Of a DNA stretch of 64,000 nucleotides, positions 29,929-39,196 are shown in pieces; the first letter of the stretch is position 1; every line of letters begins with the position of its first letter. The stretch spans positions 18,204 through 82,203 of the forward strand of contig JBHLOI010000011.1 in the NCBI GenBank assembly GCA_048940645.1, given 5' to 3'. The position numbers were made by a program, and so were the translations under genes. This DNA is from Promethearchaeota archaeon (GTDB lineage Archaea; Asgardarchaeota; Lokiarchaeia; Sigyniarchaeales; SOKP01). The notes under the pieces are model-generated. The model was not told the DNA's origin, did not search any database, and saw nothing but the letters and a program-made list of their open reading frames with translations.

Positions 29929-32268
29929 TTATGAGTTTTTAATTTTTTTAAACTGTAAATGCTTTTTTGTGTTTATTGAATCCATTTTTTTGGAGGAGAA
30001 ATAAACCAAACAAATTGGACATGCGATTAAAATAACGCCTATTATTGTTGCATGAGTAAATTCACCATTGAAATCTTTAAAAAAGTTTGTATCCGCATAA
30101 TCAGGATTCGAAAAATTCTTTTCCATAAAGCATACCCAGTATAAGGCTTCATGGCAAATTTTTTTTCTCTCAATAGATAAATAAAATTCATAAAAAGTAG
30201 AATCGAATATTCCTGCTATGAGTTCTTGAATAGAACTTATCTCAAAATAGATATTTAAATCTAATAATTCTGAAATTAGATAACTGTAATATACATTCTT
30301 TATGTTTGTATAATCAAGATGCTTTATGATAAAATTCTTAATTTTAGAATCGTCTAAATCATAGAGATTAAGTAATCTTAACATATAAATGCCGAAATAT
30401 GTATTTTCAAGGGTAAAATCAAATTCATTATCTTTGCATGGACCAAAATAAAGTTCACTAGCAGTTTCTTCTACCTGATTGAGAATATACGTACTCAAAG
30501 CACTCACATCAAATCCAATATATAAAAAGTTACCTAAATTTAAATAATCTGCAAGGAGCTCCAAGGCACGGAGTGCATAATAAGTTGTTTCGAATTCGAT
30601 ACTAAAATTTTGGTATTCAACTGTAGAATGAATAAAGGAATAAGTTGGTAAAAAACCTCCATTATTTATATAATTATCATTTAAAAATTGACTTTGAATA
30701 ATTCTATTTACTATATCTAGTAAATCATGATTTAACTCGAACACTTCAAGTCTTGAAATCTTATTGAGTGTATCTAGTGCCAAAAAAGTACTTTTATGAG
30801 ATTGCATTCTTCCTATTTCATATATCCCATATGAATAATATTCAACTGGAAAGGAACGGAATATTATGGAATCAAAATTCATATTTGTACAGGATATAAA
30901 CATATCACCATCTTCTGCATAATCATAATAACAGGCACTTTCTATTAATTGGTATAGTTGAGAAATGGGAAATTCATTTATTTTATCGTCATATGCATTA
31001 ATCAATGAGTAAAGGAGTTGCAAGGAGGTATAGTCTTCTGAAAGAAGAGCGAATCCATCTAGGTAGAAATACTTTTCTAAAGAAGCAACAATCATATCTG
31101 TTTCAATGCTATTTAATCGTGAAAGTTCACCAACTTGTTCTAAAGAGCGAAGAATCTGAAAAGTATCAATTAACTCATGATATTGAATGTTTGTGGATTG
31201 CTCCCAGATGCCCCATGAATTTCTATTATTGAAGATGAATTGTGAAACATTTACTTTGGAATAATTAGAATAACCAGTTAAATAAGCCAATTCTAAGGCT
31301 AGAGCGCTTCCAATTACATCTAATTCGTTATGCTGTTTACAGAATGCTGAAAAATAGAAGTGATAATCGGATGGATTATATAGACGATTAAGATAGAGAT
31401 AAAAGTTATTAATATTAATAGAATCAATTTGATTGAATAATTCTAAACTTTTAAGGCAATAATATGCTGAAAGTAAATTAGGATCATTAAATTTAAGTGA
31501 GGAGATAATAAAATCGTCATCATTGAAGAAACCGCCAAAAAAATCGGGATGACTTCCAGTTGCTTGCAGTCCAACTATATAATCAATGATATTGTTCTTT
31601 ACTTGAGTATATAGATCCCAATTGTCTAATATATCGATTACTTTTATTGCGTAGAATGTATTATCCATAGTAGTTAATTTCAAATAGGGGGGAAGGGAAA
31701 TATCAAATTGTTTTCCAATAAAGCCGTGTCCCACAGGATTATAGCAATCCCAAATAAAGTCTATTATGCTTTGACTATCAATGAGATCCAATTTTCCAAG
31801 AATTTTCAAAGACAATACTGCATAACAATTAATCTCAAGCAAAGAGGATAAGGGATAGATAATTTCCTTGTGGGGATCACTTTCAAGCCACCGTTTTGCG
31901 TAGTTATCAATAAAAAGATTCTCATCTGATTGATAAAAAGCCATGATAAATTCAGTAATCTGAGTGGTATTAATCTCATCCAATCTGTCCAATTTATCTA
32001 AAATTTCGAGTGTATAATAAGTTGCTTGAATGGAGGGCTCATAAATCTGAGAAAAATACCCTTTTTCACCAAATTGTCCCAATTTTTTATTAAAGATGTT
32101 GTTTATCAACCCATGATATCCTAATGAAGAAGACGAGAGCCCTTCCTTCTCTGTATATGCTGCTATAGGAGGGTTATTGGAAAATCCAATAAAGAACATA
32201 ATATTCACTGTTAAAGAAACCATTAAAAGTATAGATAGTAAGTTTTTACCTTTCATTTTTATTTGCAT
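29929..32268 (-). CDS. Secreted/anchored prenyltransferase-squalene oxidase repeat (alpha/alpha toroid) protein
   Basis: Repeated TYYTLEIL / TFYAIKVI / AYYCLKSL / TYYALRAL helices with Q...GGF turns; N-terminal signal and C-terminal TM. Confidence 0.75.
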   Translation of the reverse strand: MQIKMKGKNLLSILLMVSLTVNIMFFIGFSNNPPIAAYTEKEGLSSSSLGYHGLINNIFNKKLGQFGEKGYFSQIYEPSIQATYYTLEILDKLDRLDEINTTQITEFIMAFYQSDENLFIDNYAKRWLESDPHKEIIYPLSSLLEINCYAVLSLKILGKLDLIDSQSIIDFIWDCYNPVGHGFIGKQFDISLPPYLKLTTMDNTFYAIKVIDILDNWDLYTQVKNNIIDYIVGLQATGSHPDFFGGFFNDDDFIISSLKFNDPNLLSAYYCLKSLELFNQIDSININNFYLYLNRLYNPSDYHFYFSAFCKQHNELDVIGSALALELAYLTGYSNYSKVNVSQFIFNNRNSWGIWEQSTNIQYHELIDTFQILRSLEQVGELSRLNSIETDMIVASLEKYFYLDGFALLSEDYTSLQLLYSLINAYDDKINEFPISQLYQLIESACYYDYAEDGDMFISCTNMNFDSIIFRSFPVEYYSYGIYEIGRMQSHKSTFLALDTLNKISRLEVFELNHDLLDIVNRIIQSQFLNDNYINNGGFLPTYSFIHSTVEYQNFSIEFETTYYALRALELLADYLNLGNFLYIGFDVSALSTYILNQVEETASELYFGPCKDNEFDFTLENTYFGIYMLRLLNLYDLDDSKIKNFIIKHLDYTNIKNVYYSYLISELLDLNIYFEISSIQELIAGIFDSTFYEFYLSIERKKICHEALYWVCFMEKNFSNPDYADTNFFKDFNGEFTHATIIGVILIACPICLVYFSSKKMDSINTKKHLQFKKIKNS

Positions 32269-32313
32269 AATTTTAATACAATAGATTATATTGTGATCAG
32301 AATAAGTTAGGAA

Positions 32314-32328
32314 TATTTAAAGAAAAAA
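32314..32328 (-). promoter_or_regulatory. T6C-TATA element
   Basis: Minus strand TTTTTTCTTTAAATA, 53 nt before ATG 32268; the T-run may double as the tfb terminator. Confidence 0.6.
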
Positions 32329-32361
32329 AATAGAATAAATAAAAGAAAAAAAATATTGGTG

Positions 32362-33627
32362 CTAGATTATAAGATCTCCATTAAATTGCGGAGGCCCTTT
32401 CACTTTCCAAATGCCTAAATCAAACAACTGATTATTAATAATAACAGGTTTCTCATTCTCTTTTGATGTTGAGAAATTTTCTTCAAATAGATTTTTAACT
32501 GCGTTTTTATTTACCTCACAAGAGATAAACATTGTATTATTTTCCAAGTCTCTTAACGCATAAAAATAATATTCATTATTATCATGCGGATTGAATATTT
32601 GCATCGCATTGCCTAATTCAATCTCGATTATTTCAGGAGCTATTTTTTCATTTTCTTTGAATTGATCTAATAATACACCAAGGTGTTCCATCACTTTTTT
32701 TAACAAATCAGCAGATCGTACCAAGCTTTTAAATCCAGGAATACGGAGGCGATTAAATATCTTTCTCTCTACTTGTTTATGAATAGTACTCATTCGAATA
32801 TTTAACCTATTACAAATATCACTTACTGTAATTGGATTTTCTGGCAAACAGAGAACAGAAATAGAGGTAGCCACTCCTACTACTACATCATCTTTAGTAT
32901 TTTTAATTGAATCCCATAATCTATATAGGATTTTTTTTGATTGATAATAAAAATACATTCCCAATCCAAAATGTTCGGTTAATTCCATAATTCTCTGAAG
33001 AATATACTCTTTTCGATTTCTCTCTTTATATTCTGGCATGAATTCATTAATCTGGAGCTTAAATGCTTGAAAATCTTTTTTAGAAATTTTTGCTACATCT
33101 AATAAAGCTCGCTCATCCACCGGTTTACATTCATATTTGTATGTGAAGTATATTACTATTGGAACCAATTTTTCAGGGCTTCTATATTTTGTACCATGAC
33201 CTAACTTTGTATGAATTTGTTTAAAGTTCTTTAAGATTTTACTCTTATCTGTAGCTGGGAGAGAAAGAGCTTCAAATATTCTGCCAATTTCAATAATAGC
33301 TTTTATTTCTACATTTTCATCATTACTTTTAATTGAATCAATCCTATTTAACCGTTCTAATCGATATGATTGAGGATTTCGTAATCTTTCTCGTTTGAAT
33401 CCAATTTTTGTTTTCCCAGGTGTGGCATATTGTAAAATATCTTCATTATAGGGCCGATGATATTGCATAATCTGGATGGGAAGCATTACTCCACAATCTT
33501 TACAAACAAATCCAAACTCATTTTGGATTATATCTGTTGAATTACATATATCACATCTTAACGAAGTACGCATCTCAACTTTATTTAATTGAGATTTATT
33601 ATGGGTTGCCAACTTAATCACAATCAC
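32362..33627 (-). CDS. tfb: Divergent transcription factor B (TFB/TFIIB) paralog with C-terminal extension
   Basis: Zn ribbon CDIC...FVCKDCG; cyclin repeat 1 AIIEIGRIFEALSLP...RSPEKLVPIVIY; repeat 2 HTH TVSDICNRLNIRMSTIHKQVER. Start uncertain (33627 GTG, or downstream TTG/ATG). Confidence 0.85.
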   Translation of the reverse strand: MIVIKLATHNKSQLNKVEMRTSLRCDICNSTDIIQNEFGFVCKDCGVMLPIQIMQYHRPYNEDILQYATPGKTKIGFKRERLRNPQSYRLERLNRIDSIKSNDENVEIKAIIEIGRIFEALSLPATDKSKILKNFKQIHTKLGHGTKYRSPEKLVPIVIYFTYKYECKPVDERALLDVAKISKKDFQAFKLQINEFMPEYKERNRKEYILQRIMELTEHFGLGMYFYYQSKKILYRLWDSIKNTKDDVVVGVATSISVLCLPENPITVSDICNRLNIRMSTIHKQVERKIFNRLRIPGFKSLVRSADLLKKVMEHLGVLLDQFKENEKIAPEIIEIELGNAMQIFNPHDNNEYYFYALRDLENNTMFISCEVNKNAVKNLFEENFSTSKENEKPVIINNQLFDLGIWKVKGPPQFNGDLII

Positions 33628-33740
33628 AAATTTTCTTAATTACTAAGTTAAAGAAGATGGGGAGTGGCCTTTTTAAATCTTATCCTCTTGATCAGAAATG
33701 ACTGATAGAATCTTTCTAATCACAAATTAGATTTTTCCAC

Positions 33741-33785
33741 TTATGTAAAAATGGGTAAAATTTCCATTTTATCGATCACCTCCTC
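33741..33785 (-). promoter_or_regulatory. Perfect SD (GAGGAGGTGA) plus 8-codon upstream ORF MEILPIFT ahead of tfb
   Basis: SD at 33776-33785, ATG 33767, TAA 33741-33743. Confidence 0.5.
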
Positions 33786-34039
33786 ATGATCTGAATTGAG
33801 GAAAAGTTGATATTATCATTAAAACGTTAAAATAAAGCTAAGTTTAAATCGCAAAATTGTATTAAACCCAAGATTTAGCTAATTTGGATTAACTAGAAGA
33901 TTTTAGATTTTTTACTTTTAGTAAAAGTTATTACTTTTCTTTGTGTTTAGTTTTTAGAAAGTGAAAAAAAATCCACTCCCAGTTAGCAGGAAACACAATT
34001 AAAACAATTTTTTTGACAAAAAAAATGCACCTAGAAGTT

Positions 34040-34066
34040 TAGCAGTAGGTATACCTGCTACTGTTA
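34040..34066. repeat. Inverted repeat TAGCAGTAG-GTATACCTG-CTACTGTTA in the tfb upstream region
   Basis: 9 bp stem with one G-T pair, with nested AGGTATACCT palindrome; GC-rich for this region. Confidence 0.55.
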
Positions 34067-34210
34067 AAAAAAAATTACTGGGATCAAGAAAATTAATTGG
34101 AGAAAAACTTTCTGGAATGTAAGTTGCAAATGGAAAATCTTTTAAAGAATTTTTTAAAAACAACCCGGAAGGAATAAACTTTTAACTTTCTTCTTCTTTT
34201 TTTTTTAAAA

Positions 34211-34225
34211 TTTTTCCTTTATATA
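34211..34225 (+). promoter_or_regulatory. T5CC-TATA element (leaderless spacing)
   Basis: TTTTTCCTTTATATA, exactly 29 nt before ATG 34247, divergent context. Confidence 0.75.
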
Positions 34226-34246
34226 ATTACACTTTATAATAGGATC

Positions 34247-35026
34247 ATGATATTCATTGATATGCTCATTTGGTTTTGTATTATTTTGACTATCTCACTT
34301 GTTAGTCAATTGATATATCGTTATTCTAAGGGACCTATTAGAGCATTTCTGAATGTGGTTGGCTTCATTGGAGTCTTCATTCACGAATTAAGTCATGCTT
34401 TGATGTGTATAATTTTTCGAGTGCCTCTTAGGGGCTTTTCAGTGAAATTTCGCTCACATTACACCAATGAAGTTGCCCCCCATGGAAGAGTGAAAATAGG
34501 AGAAGTGGAGCGTATATCATTTTTACAAAAGGTAATGGTATCAGTTGGTCCACTGATCATCTCTACATGGATCTTTTTATTCTGCCTTGATATAATAACA
34601 ATACAGGAAGCTGAACTTATGACCAAGATTGTCCTAGGGCTTATTATGGCGTCTCTATTAATAGGAGCAAGCCCTTCAGGGCATGATATTTACTACATGT
34701 TTTACTCATATGGCATAGATCCACTGTATTCCACCTACCAATTGTTTCTAACAGCATTAGCTATAATTATTGTTTATTTTGGAATTGATTTTTCATCAAT
34801 TGTCCTTCCCATGGAATTGTTTTACTACATTTTAGCTTTCTTTACGGTTATCGCATTCTATTTTACACTTAAATATTTTCTAAAATTTTTCTATTATCTA
34901 TACCGCCGGATATTCCACGCTTCACAGTTTACCTCTCGACAACTAACTCGTAAAAGGCATAAGCCTTATAAACCAAAAGAAGAATATTATGAGGAAAATT
35001 ATATTAAACGAGGGTATAATGAATGA
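34247..35026 (+). CDS. Membrane zinc metallopeptidase (M50-like, HExxH)
   Basis: GVFIHELSHA in a TM helix, later SVGP and SPSGHD; about 6 TM. Confidence 0.7.
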   Translation: MIFIDMLIWFCIILTISLVSQLIYRYSKGPIRAFLNVVGFIGVFIHELSHALMCIIFRVPLRGFSVKFRSHYTNEVAPHGRVKIGEVERISFLQKVMVSVGPLIISTWIFLFCLDIITIQEAELMTKIVLGLIMASLLIGASPSGHDIYYMFYSYGIDPLYSTYQLFLTALAIIIVYFGIDFSSIVLPMELFYYILAFFTVIAFYFTLKYFLKFFYYLYRRIFHASQFTSRQLTRKRHKPYKPKEEYYEENYIKRGYNE

Positions 35027-35361
35027 AGATCTTATGTTATTTTGTCATAATTATAGCCTTCATGATGTATTTTCAGAAGGAACCGATCTATACTGTCGTA
35101 ATTATAGGAATAGGGATTGGACTTTACATCTATTTTAAATCACGAAAAGGAAAGTCAGGTGTATTCGGAAAATTTCTAGGTGGTAACTCAGAAGATTCAG
35201 ATGACCGTATGAATGATTTAATTTTATTTTTCATGCTCCAGCAGATGGCTACTAATTCTTCCCAGCAACATGAATCCACAAAACAACGAGAGAAAGACAA
35301 GAAACAAGATCAAATTGATAAGATAAAGCACGAAGTTCTTGATCTTTTAGAGAGTGATTAA
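35023..35361 (+). CDS. Small membrane protein with charged C-terminal tail
   Basis: Two N-terminal TMs; ATGA overlap with upstream gene. Confidence 0.65.
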   Translation: MKILCYFVIIIAFMMYFQKEPIYTVVIIGIGIGLYIYFKSRKGKSGVFGKFLGGNSEDSDDRMNDLILFFMLQQMATNSSQQHESTKQREKDKKQDQIDKIKHEVLDLLESD

Positions 35362-36069
35362 ATGCAAGACTTTTTATTAGAAATTAAGACCTTACTTCAA
35401 TCTAGAATGCTGATATCCATTTATGGAAAATCAGGTACAGGAAAAACTTTTTTAGGCCTATATTTATTAGGTAATTTATTGACTGAAAAGGAACCATATC
35501 ATTATCAATGTATTTGGATACAAGCCTGTGAATTTTTTCCATCAAAACGACTCTCTCAGTTATTTCAAAAAGACCTTAACAAATTACAATTTCTAAGAAA
35601 TAATATTTTTATTACACCTTTGAAAAAACCATTTCTTTCTTATCAAGAACAAGCAGTTTTAATTTCCCAAATTCAACATAAAACTTTACCTCCTGAACTG
35701 AAGGTAATAATAATTGATAATATTTCACATCATTTACGATATGAAATTTCAAAATATGAAAGTATTTCAGAAAAAGTGTTTATTCTAAATGATTTTTATG
35801 AAAACCAACTATTTCCTTTAATTATGTATTGCCAACAAGAGAATATGATTCTCATATTAATTCATGAAGTGTCTTATAACCCAAACTTAAAAAAGATCGT
35901 GCCATTTTTGCATAAATTATATAACCGGATTGATAGTATTAATGTTTACCTGGAAAAAAACCTATTATCTGAAAATAAGATATTACATCTTATTTATTCT
36001 GATTATAATAATCAATTTAATTATCGTATTGAAAATCACGGCTTCCAATGGATTGAATCTCTCTTATAA
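35362..36069 (+). CDS. RadB/Rad51-paralog-like RecA-fold ATPase (core only)
   Basis: ISIYGKSGTGKT, E.FPSKRLSQL, VIIIDNISHHLR, ILIHEV. Confidence 0.75.
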   Translation: MQDFLLEIKTLLQSRMLISIYGKSGTGKTFLGLYLLGNLLTEKEPYHYQCIWIQACEFFPSKRLSQLFQKDLNKLQFLRNNIFITPLKKPFLSYQEQAVLISQIQHKTLPPELKVIIIDNISHHLRYEISKYESISEKVFILNDFYENQLFPLIMYCQQENMILILIHEVSYNPNLKKIVPFLHKLYNRIDSINVYLEKNLLSENKILHLIYSDYNNQFNYRIENHGFQWIESLL

Positions 36070-36107
36070 TATTTAAAGCAAAACTGTGTTGTTTATTGAT
36101 ATATTAA

Positions 36108-36572
36108 TTATTTTAGTGAATGATTCTCAGCTCCACAATTTAAGCATTGAAAGATCCCATGGTCCTCGTCAATATTTTTTAGGTTATTTTTTACCCCACA
36201 ATACCCACAGATATAGTTAACCCTTTCCGCTCCTAAATCTCCTATCTCTTTCTCAATTCGGAGCATGTATGTTATATTAGGTGCTGCTTCCATTTTTGTC
36301 TCAATAATTTCTTTTTTTTCTTCAATCCTTTTTCTCCTTTTTTCAATCCGTTTTCTCCTTTCTCCTTTTGTAGGAATAAATAACAACCAACCAAAAATAC
36401 TGATTAAAGTACCAACCAAAAAGAATTGAAGACCAGAATCAAATAAAATGAACTGAATTAATCCCACCAATTGAATTGGTATAGCAACAAGTAATAAAAT
36501 TACTGATATCCATAGGAATATCTTCTTAACCAAACCCAAAATACTCACCACGTTTGTGAGAATTAGATTCAA
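36108..36572 (-). CDS. Two-TM protein with C-terminal zinc ribbon
   Basis: Two TMs, basic coiled coil, CGYC...CLNC. Confidence 0.6.
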   Translation of the reverse strand: MNLILTNVVSILGLVKKIFLWISVILLLVAIPIQLVGLIQFILFDSGLQFFLVGTLISIFGWLLFIPTKGERRKRIEKRRKRIEEKKEIIETKMEAAPNITYMLRIEKEIGDLGAERVNYICGYCGVKNNLKNIDEDHGIFQCLNCGAENHSLK

Positions 36573-36697
36573 TATAAGTTTTTACAAATTTATCAAAAAT
36601 TTTAATCAGAGACTTTTTTGTTAATAATAATAATTGCGAAATAAAAATATCTGATTCAAATCTATTTAAAGCAAAAATCTCCTACTTGTTACCATTA

Positions 36698-36711
36698 TTT
36701 TTCTTTAAAAA
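36698..36711 (+). promoter_or_regulatory. T5C-TATA element (leaderless spacing)
   Basis: TTTTTCTTTAAAAA, exactly 29 nt before ATG 36733. Confidence 0.7.
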
Positions 36712-36732
36712 AGTCTACTTTTTATAGTTATT

Positions 36733-37113
36733 ATGGGACTCAATTCTAGTGATTCATTGAGAAAGGAAATTTGTTGTGTAATTTGTAATAAAAATATAAA
36801 AAAAATTGACGAAGTTTTCCAACTCTCTCACAAATTAGGAATAATATGTCAAAACTGTGTGAAAGTTTTTTCTCCTGAAGATATTGAAATAATGACCTAC
36901 TTATTTTTCATTTATGGGGGTTATTTTGGAAAATTCGATCAAAGAACTTTTTCCTTACCAGAGGCAATCAAATGTTTGACAAAGCAAGAATTTAATCCTA
37001 AAAACCGGATAATGATTGAAGATCTTAATGAAAGATTAGTCCATAAGGCATTATTACATGGAATTTCTCCAGTTAATCTAGTAAAAACGTTAGAAAACTT
37101 TTTGAATAGATGA
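36733..37113 (+). CDS. C4 zinc-finger protein, paralog of 49727..50113
   Basis: CVIC...ICQNC...FSPEDI...YGGYFG...KALLHGISP. Confidence 0.75.
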   Translation: MGLNSSDSLRKEICCVICNKNIKKIDEVFQLSHKLGIICQNCVKVFSPEDIEIMTYLFFIYGGYFGKFDQRTFSLPEAIKCLTKQEFNPKNRIMIEDLNERLVHKALLHGISPVNLVKTLENFLNR

Positions 37114-37143
37114 TATTGTGGAATTTCTTCTTTTTGTATTCAA

Positions 37144-37158
37144 TTTTTTCTTTATAAA
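37144..37158 (+). promoter_or_regulatory. T6C-TATA element upstream of radA paralog
   Basis: TTTTTTCTTTATAAA, 56 nt before ATG 37207. Confidence 0.7.
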
Positions 37159-37206
37159 TAAGGATTGTATCTAACTAGGTAATTAAAATTATAAATTGGA
37201 GTTGAT

Positions 37207-38461
37207 ATGAAAAATAGCTGATCTTAATCTTGTGAAAGGAATTAATGCTCGTCAAATAAAGTTGCTCCAAGAAAATGGCATCAGTACAGCTGAAGCTTTG
37301 GCTATGTCTCCTCATTCTATCGTATCAGATGTTGATGGTTTGGGTGAAAAAACTGCTAAAAAGCTTATTTGGAACGCTCGAAACGCATTAGGTATGACCG
37401 AATTTACCATAGCTGAAGAAATTGATGAAAATACTGAGTATATCACCACAGGCTCTTCAGAGTTAAATCGTATTCTTGGTGGAGGAATTGCCACTGGAAA
37501 ATTAACGGAGGTATTTGGACCATTTAAATCAGGAAAAACAAACCTCGCTCACACAATTGCAGTTACAATACAATTACCAGAAAAAAAAGGGGGATTAAAT
37601 GCTACAGTTGCATATATAGATTCGGAAAATACGTTTGCGAAAGAAAAGATTAAACGTATCGCCAAACGATTTGGACTTGATCCTAAGAAAGTGCTTTCCA
37701 AAATCCATCATGGAAGGATTTACAGTTCTGATCATCAACAACAGATGATTGTTAAAGCAGAAGCTTTATGTAAGACTCGTGGAGTGCGATTAATTGTAGT
37801 AGATAGTTTGATGGCCCTTCTACGAAATGAATATGTGGGCATCGGGATGTTAGCTAGACGCCAAAATGTACTCAATAACATGATCCATGCCCTATCAAGA
37901 ACGGCAGAGACCTATAATTGTGCAGTCTTGCTCACAAATCAAGTAGCTACAAAAATGGTAGGAATGTTTTCAGCTGATGATGCAATTGGAGGAAATATTG
38001 TCGCTCATGGTTGTCATTTTCGAGTGATGTTCAAAACCAAAGGATTTTCTTCTAACAATTCTTTGAAACGTAGAGCTATTATTGTGGATGCCCCAGATTT
38101 ACCTCCTGAAGAATGTGAATTTTTCATAACCAGTGCTGGTATTGCTGATTCTGATCAAGTTGAAATGCCAAAATCTAAAGAAATGGATTTTCAAATTGAG
38201 GCCTTATACGAAGAATCAAATGTTAACCAAGAAGAGGCAGTTGAGTCCAATATTGAGACAGAGGAATCAGATGAAAGTGATCTTACCAGTGTAAAGGGTA
38301 TTGGAAAAGGCACTGCTGAAAATTTAATGAACTACGGAATATCTAGTATCTCTCAATTAATTGAGTCTGATCCAGAGGACGTGGCATCAAAAATAAGCGG
38401 TATATCTTTAAAAAAGGTACAAGAATGGCAGGAAAATGCACGAGCAATTTTACAAACCTAA
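37207..38461 (+). CDS. radA: RadA/Rad51 recombinase paralog with extra C-terminal HhH domain (apparent +1 indel after ATG 37207; in-frame GTG at 37232)
   Basis: N-terminal HhH, FTIA polymerisation motif, GPFKSGKT, YIDSENTF, LIVVDS, RQ, TNQV, IGGNIVAH; acidic linker then DLTSVKGIGKGTAE. Confidence 0.9.
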
Positions 38462-38559
38462 TTCTTAGTTTTTTTCTTCTTATTTTAAAAAGGAATAAAT
38501 CGAACATTTCTTTAACAAAAAGGTTAAATAATGAGATATAATCTTTTTAAAATAGAAAA

Positions 38560-39153
38560 ATGAACATAACAAACTATGAAAAACGTAAAAAAATTGGACT
38601 CTCTTTAATAGGAATTGGAACTGGTGTTTACTTATTGGGTCTTTTTGTCTTTCGTGTCTTATTGACATATCTCTCTAATTTATATTATGACCCTCCCATC
38701 GTCCCAACATTATATTTTAATATACAATTATTACAAAATTGGAGCTTCATGGTGGGTGTTATTATTTTTTTTATTGGAGTGCCTTTTTTGGATCAGTCTT
38801 TAAGGAACAGAGGAAAAGAAAGAAGTGAATATAAAATTATAAAAAATTACCACAAAATTGGTATCTCATTGATAATAACTGGATTCATAATCCTGGTATT
38901 AGGAATTATAGGAGGTTGGATAATATCAGGTTACTACAGGGGATTGATGTCACTGACATCAAGGGTGGGTTTTGGTTTACTTTCAGCACTATTATGGTTT
39001 TTCTTACTTTGTGTTGGAATAGGTATTATACGCACATCAAAGAACATACAAAAATGGAATAAATCAAAAGTAAGTATTATTAGCAGTAGAATTATTATAA
39101 CCATTGTTATTGTTTATTTTATTCTTTTTATTCCTCTTTTTCCTCTAGGATAA
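38560..39153 (+). CDS. Membrane protein (about 5 TM)
   Basis: Hydrophobic helices; KIGLSLI/KIGISLI internal repeat. Confidence 0.6.
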   Translation: MNITNYEKRKKIGLSLIGIGTGVYLLGLFVFRVLLTYLSNLYYDPPIVPTLYFNIQLLQNWSFMVGVIIFFIGVPFLDQSLRNRGKERSEYKIIKNYHKIGISLIITGFIILVLGIIGGWIISGYYRGLMSLTSRVGFGLLSALLWFFLLCVGIGIIRTSKNIQKWNKSKVSIISSRIIITIVIVYFILFIPLFPLG

Positions 39154-39196
39154 CTCCTAGACCTCTATTCTAATATAGCATATGAAAAAAGAAAAA

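Noticed and set aside
36069-36084. GTTTTGCTTTAAATA on the minus strand (similar at 36663-36677)
   Set aside because: A GC variant with no start codon at either characteristic spacing; an antisense promoter cannot be supported.
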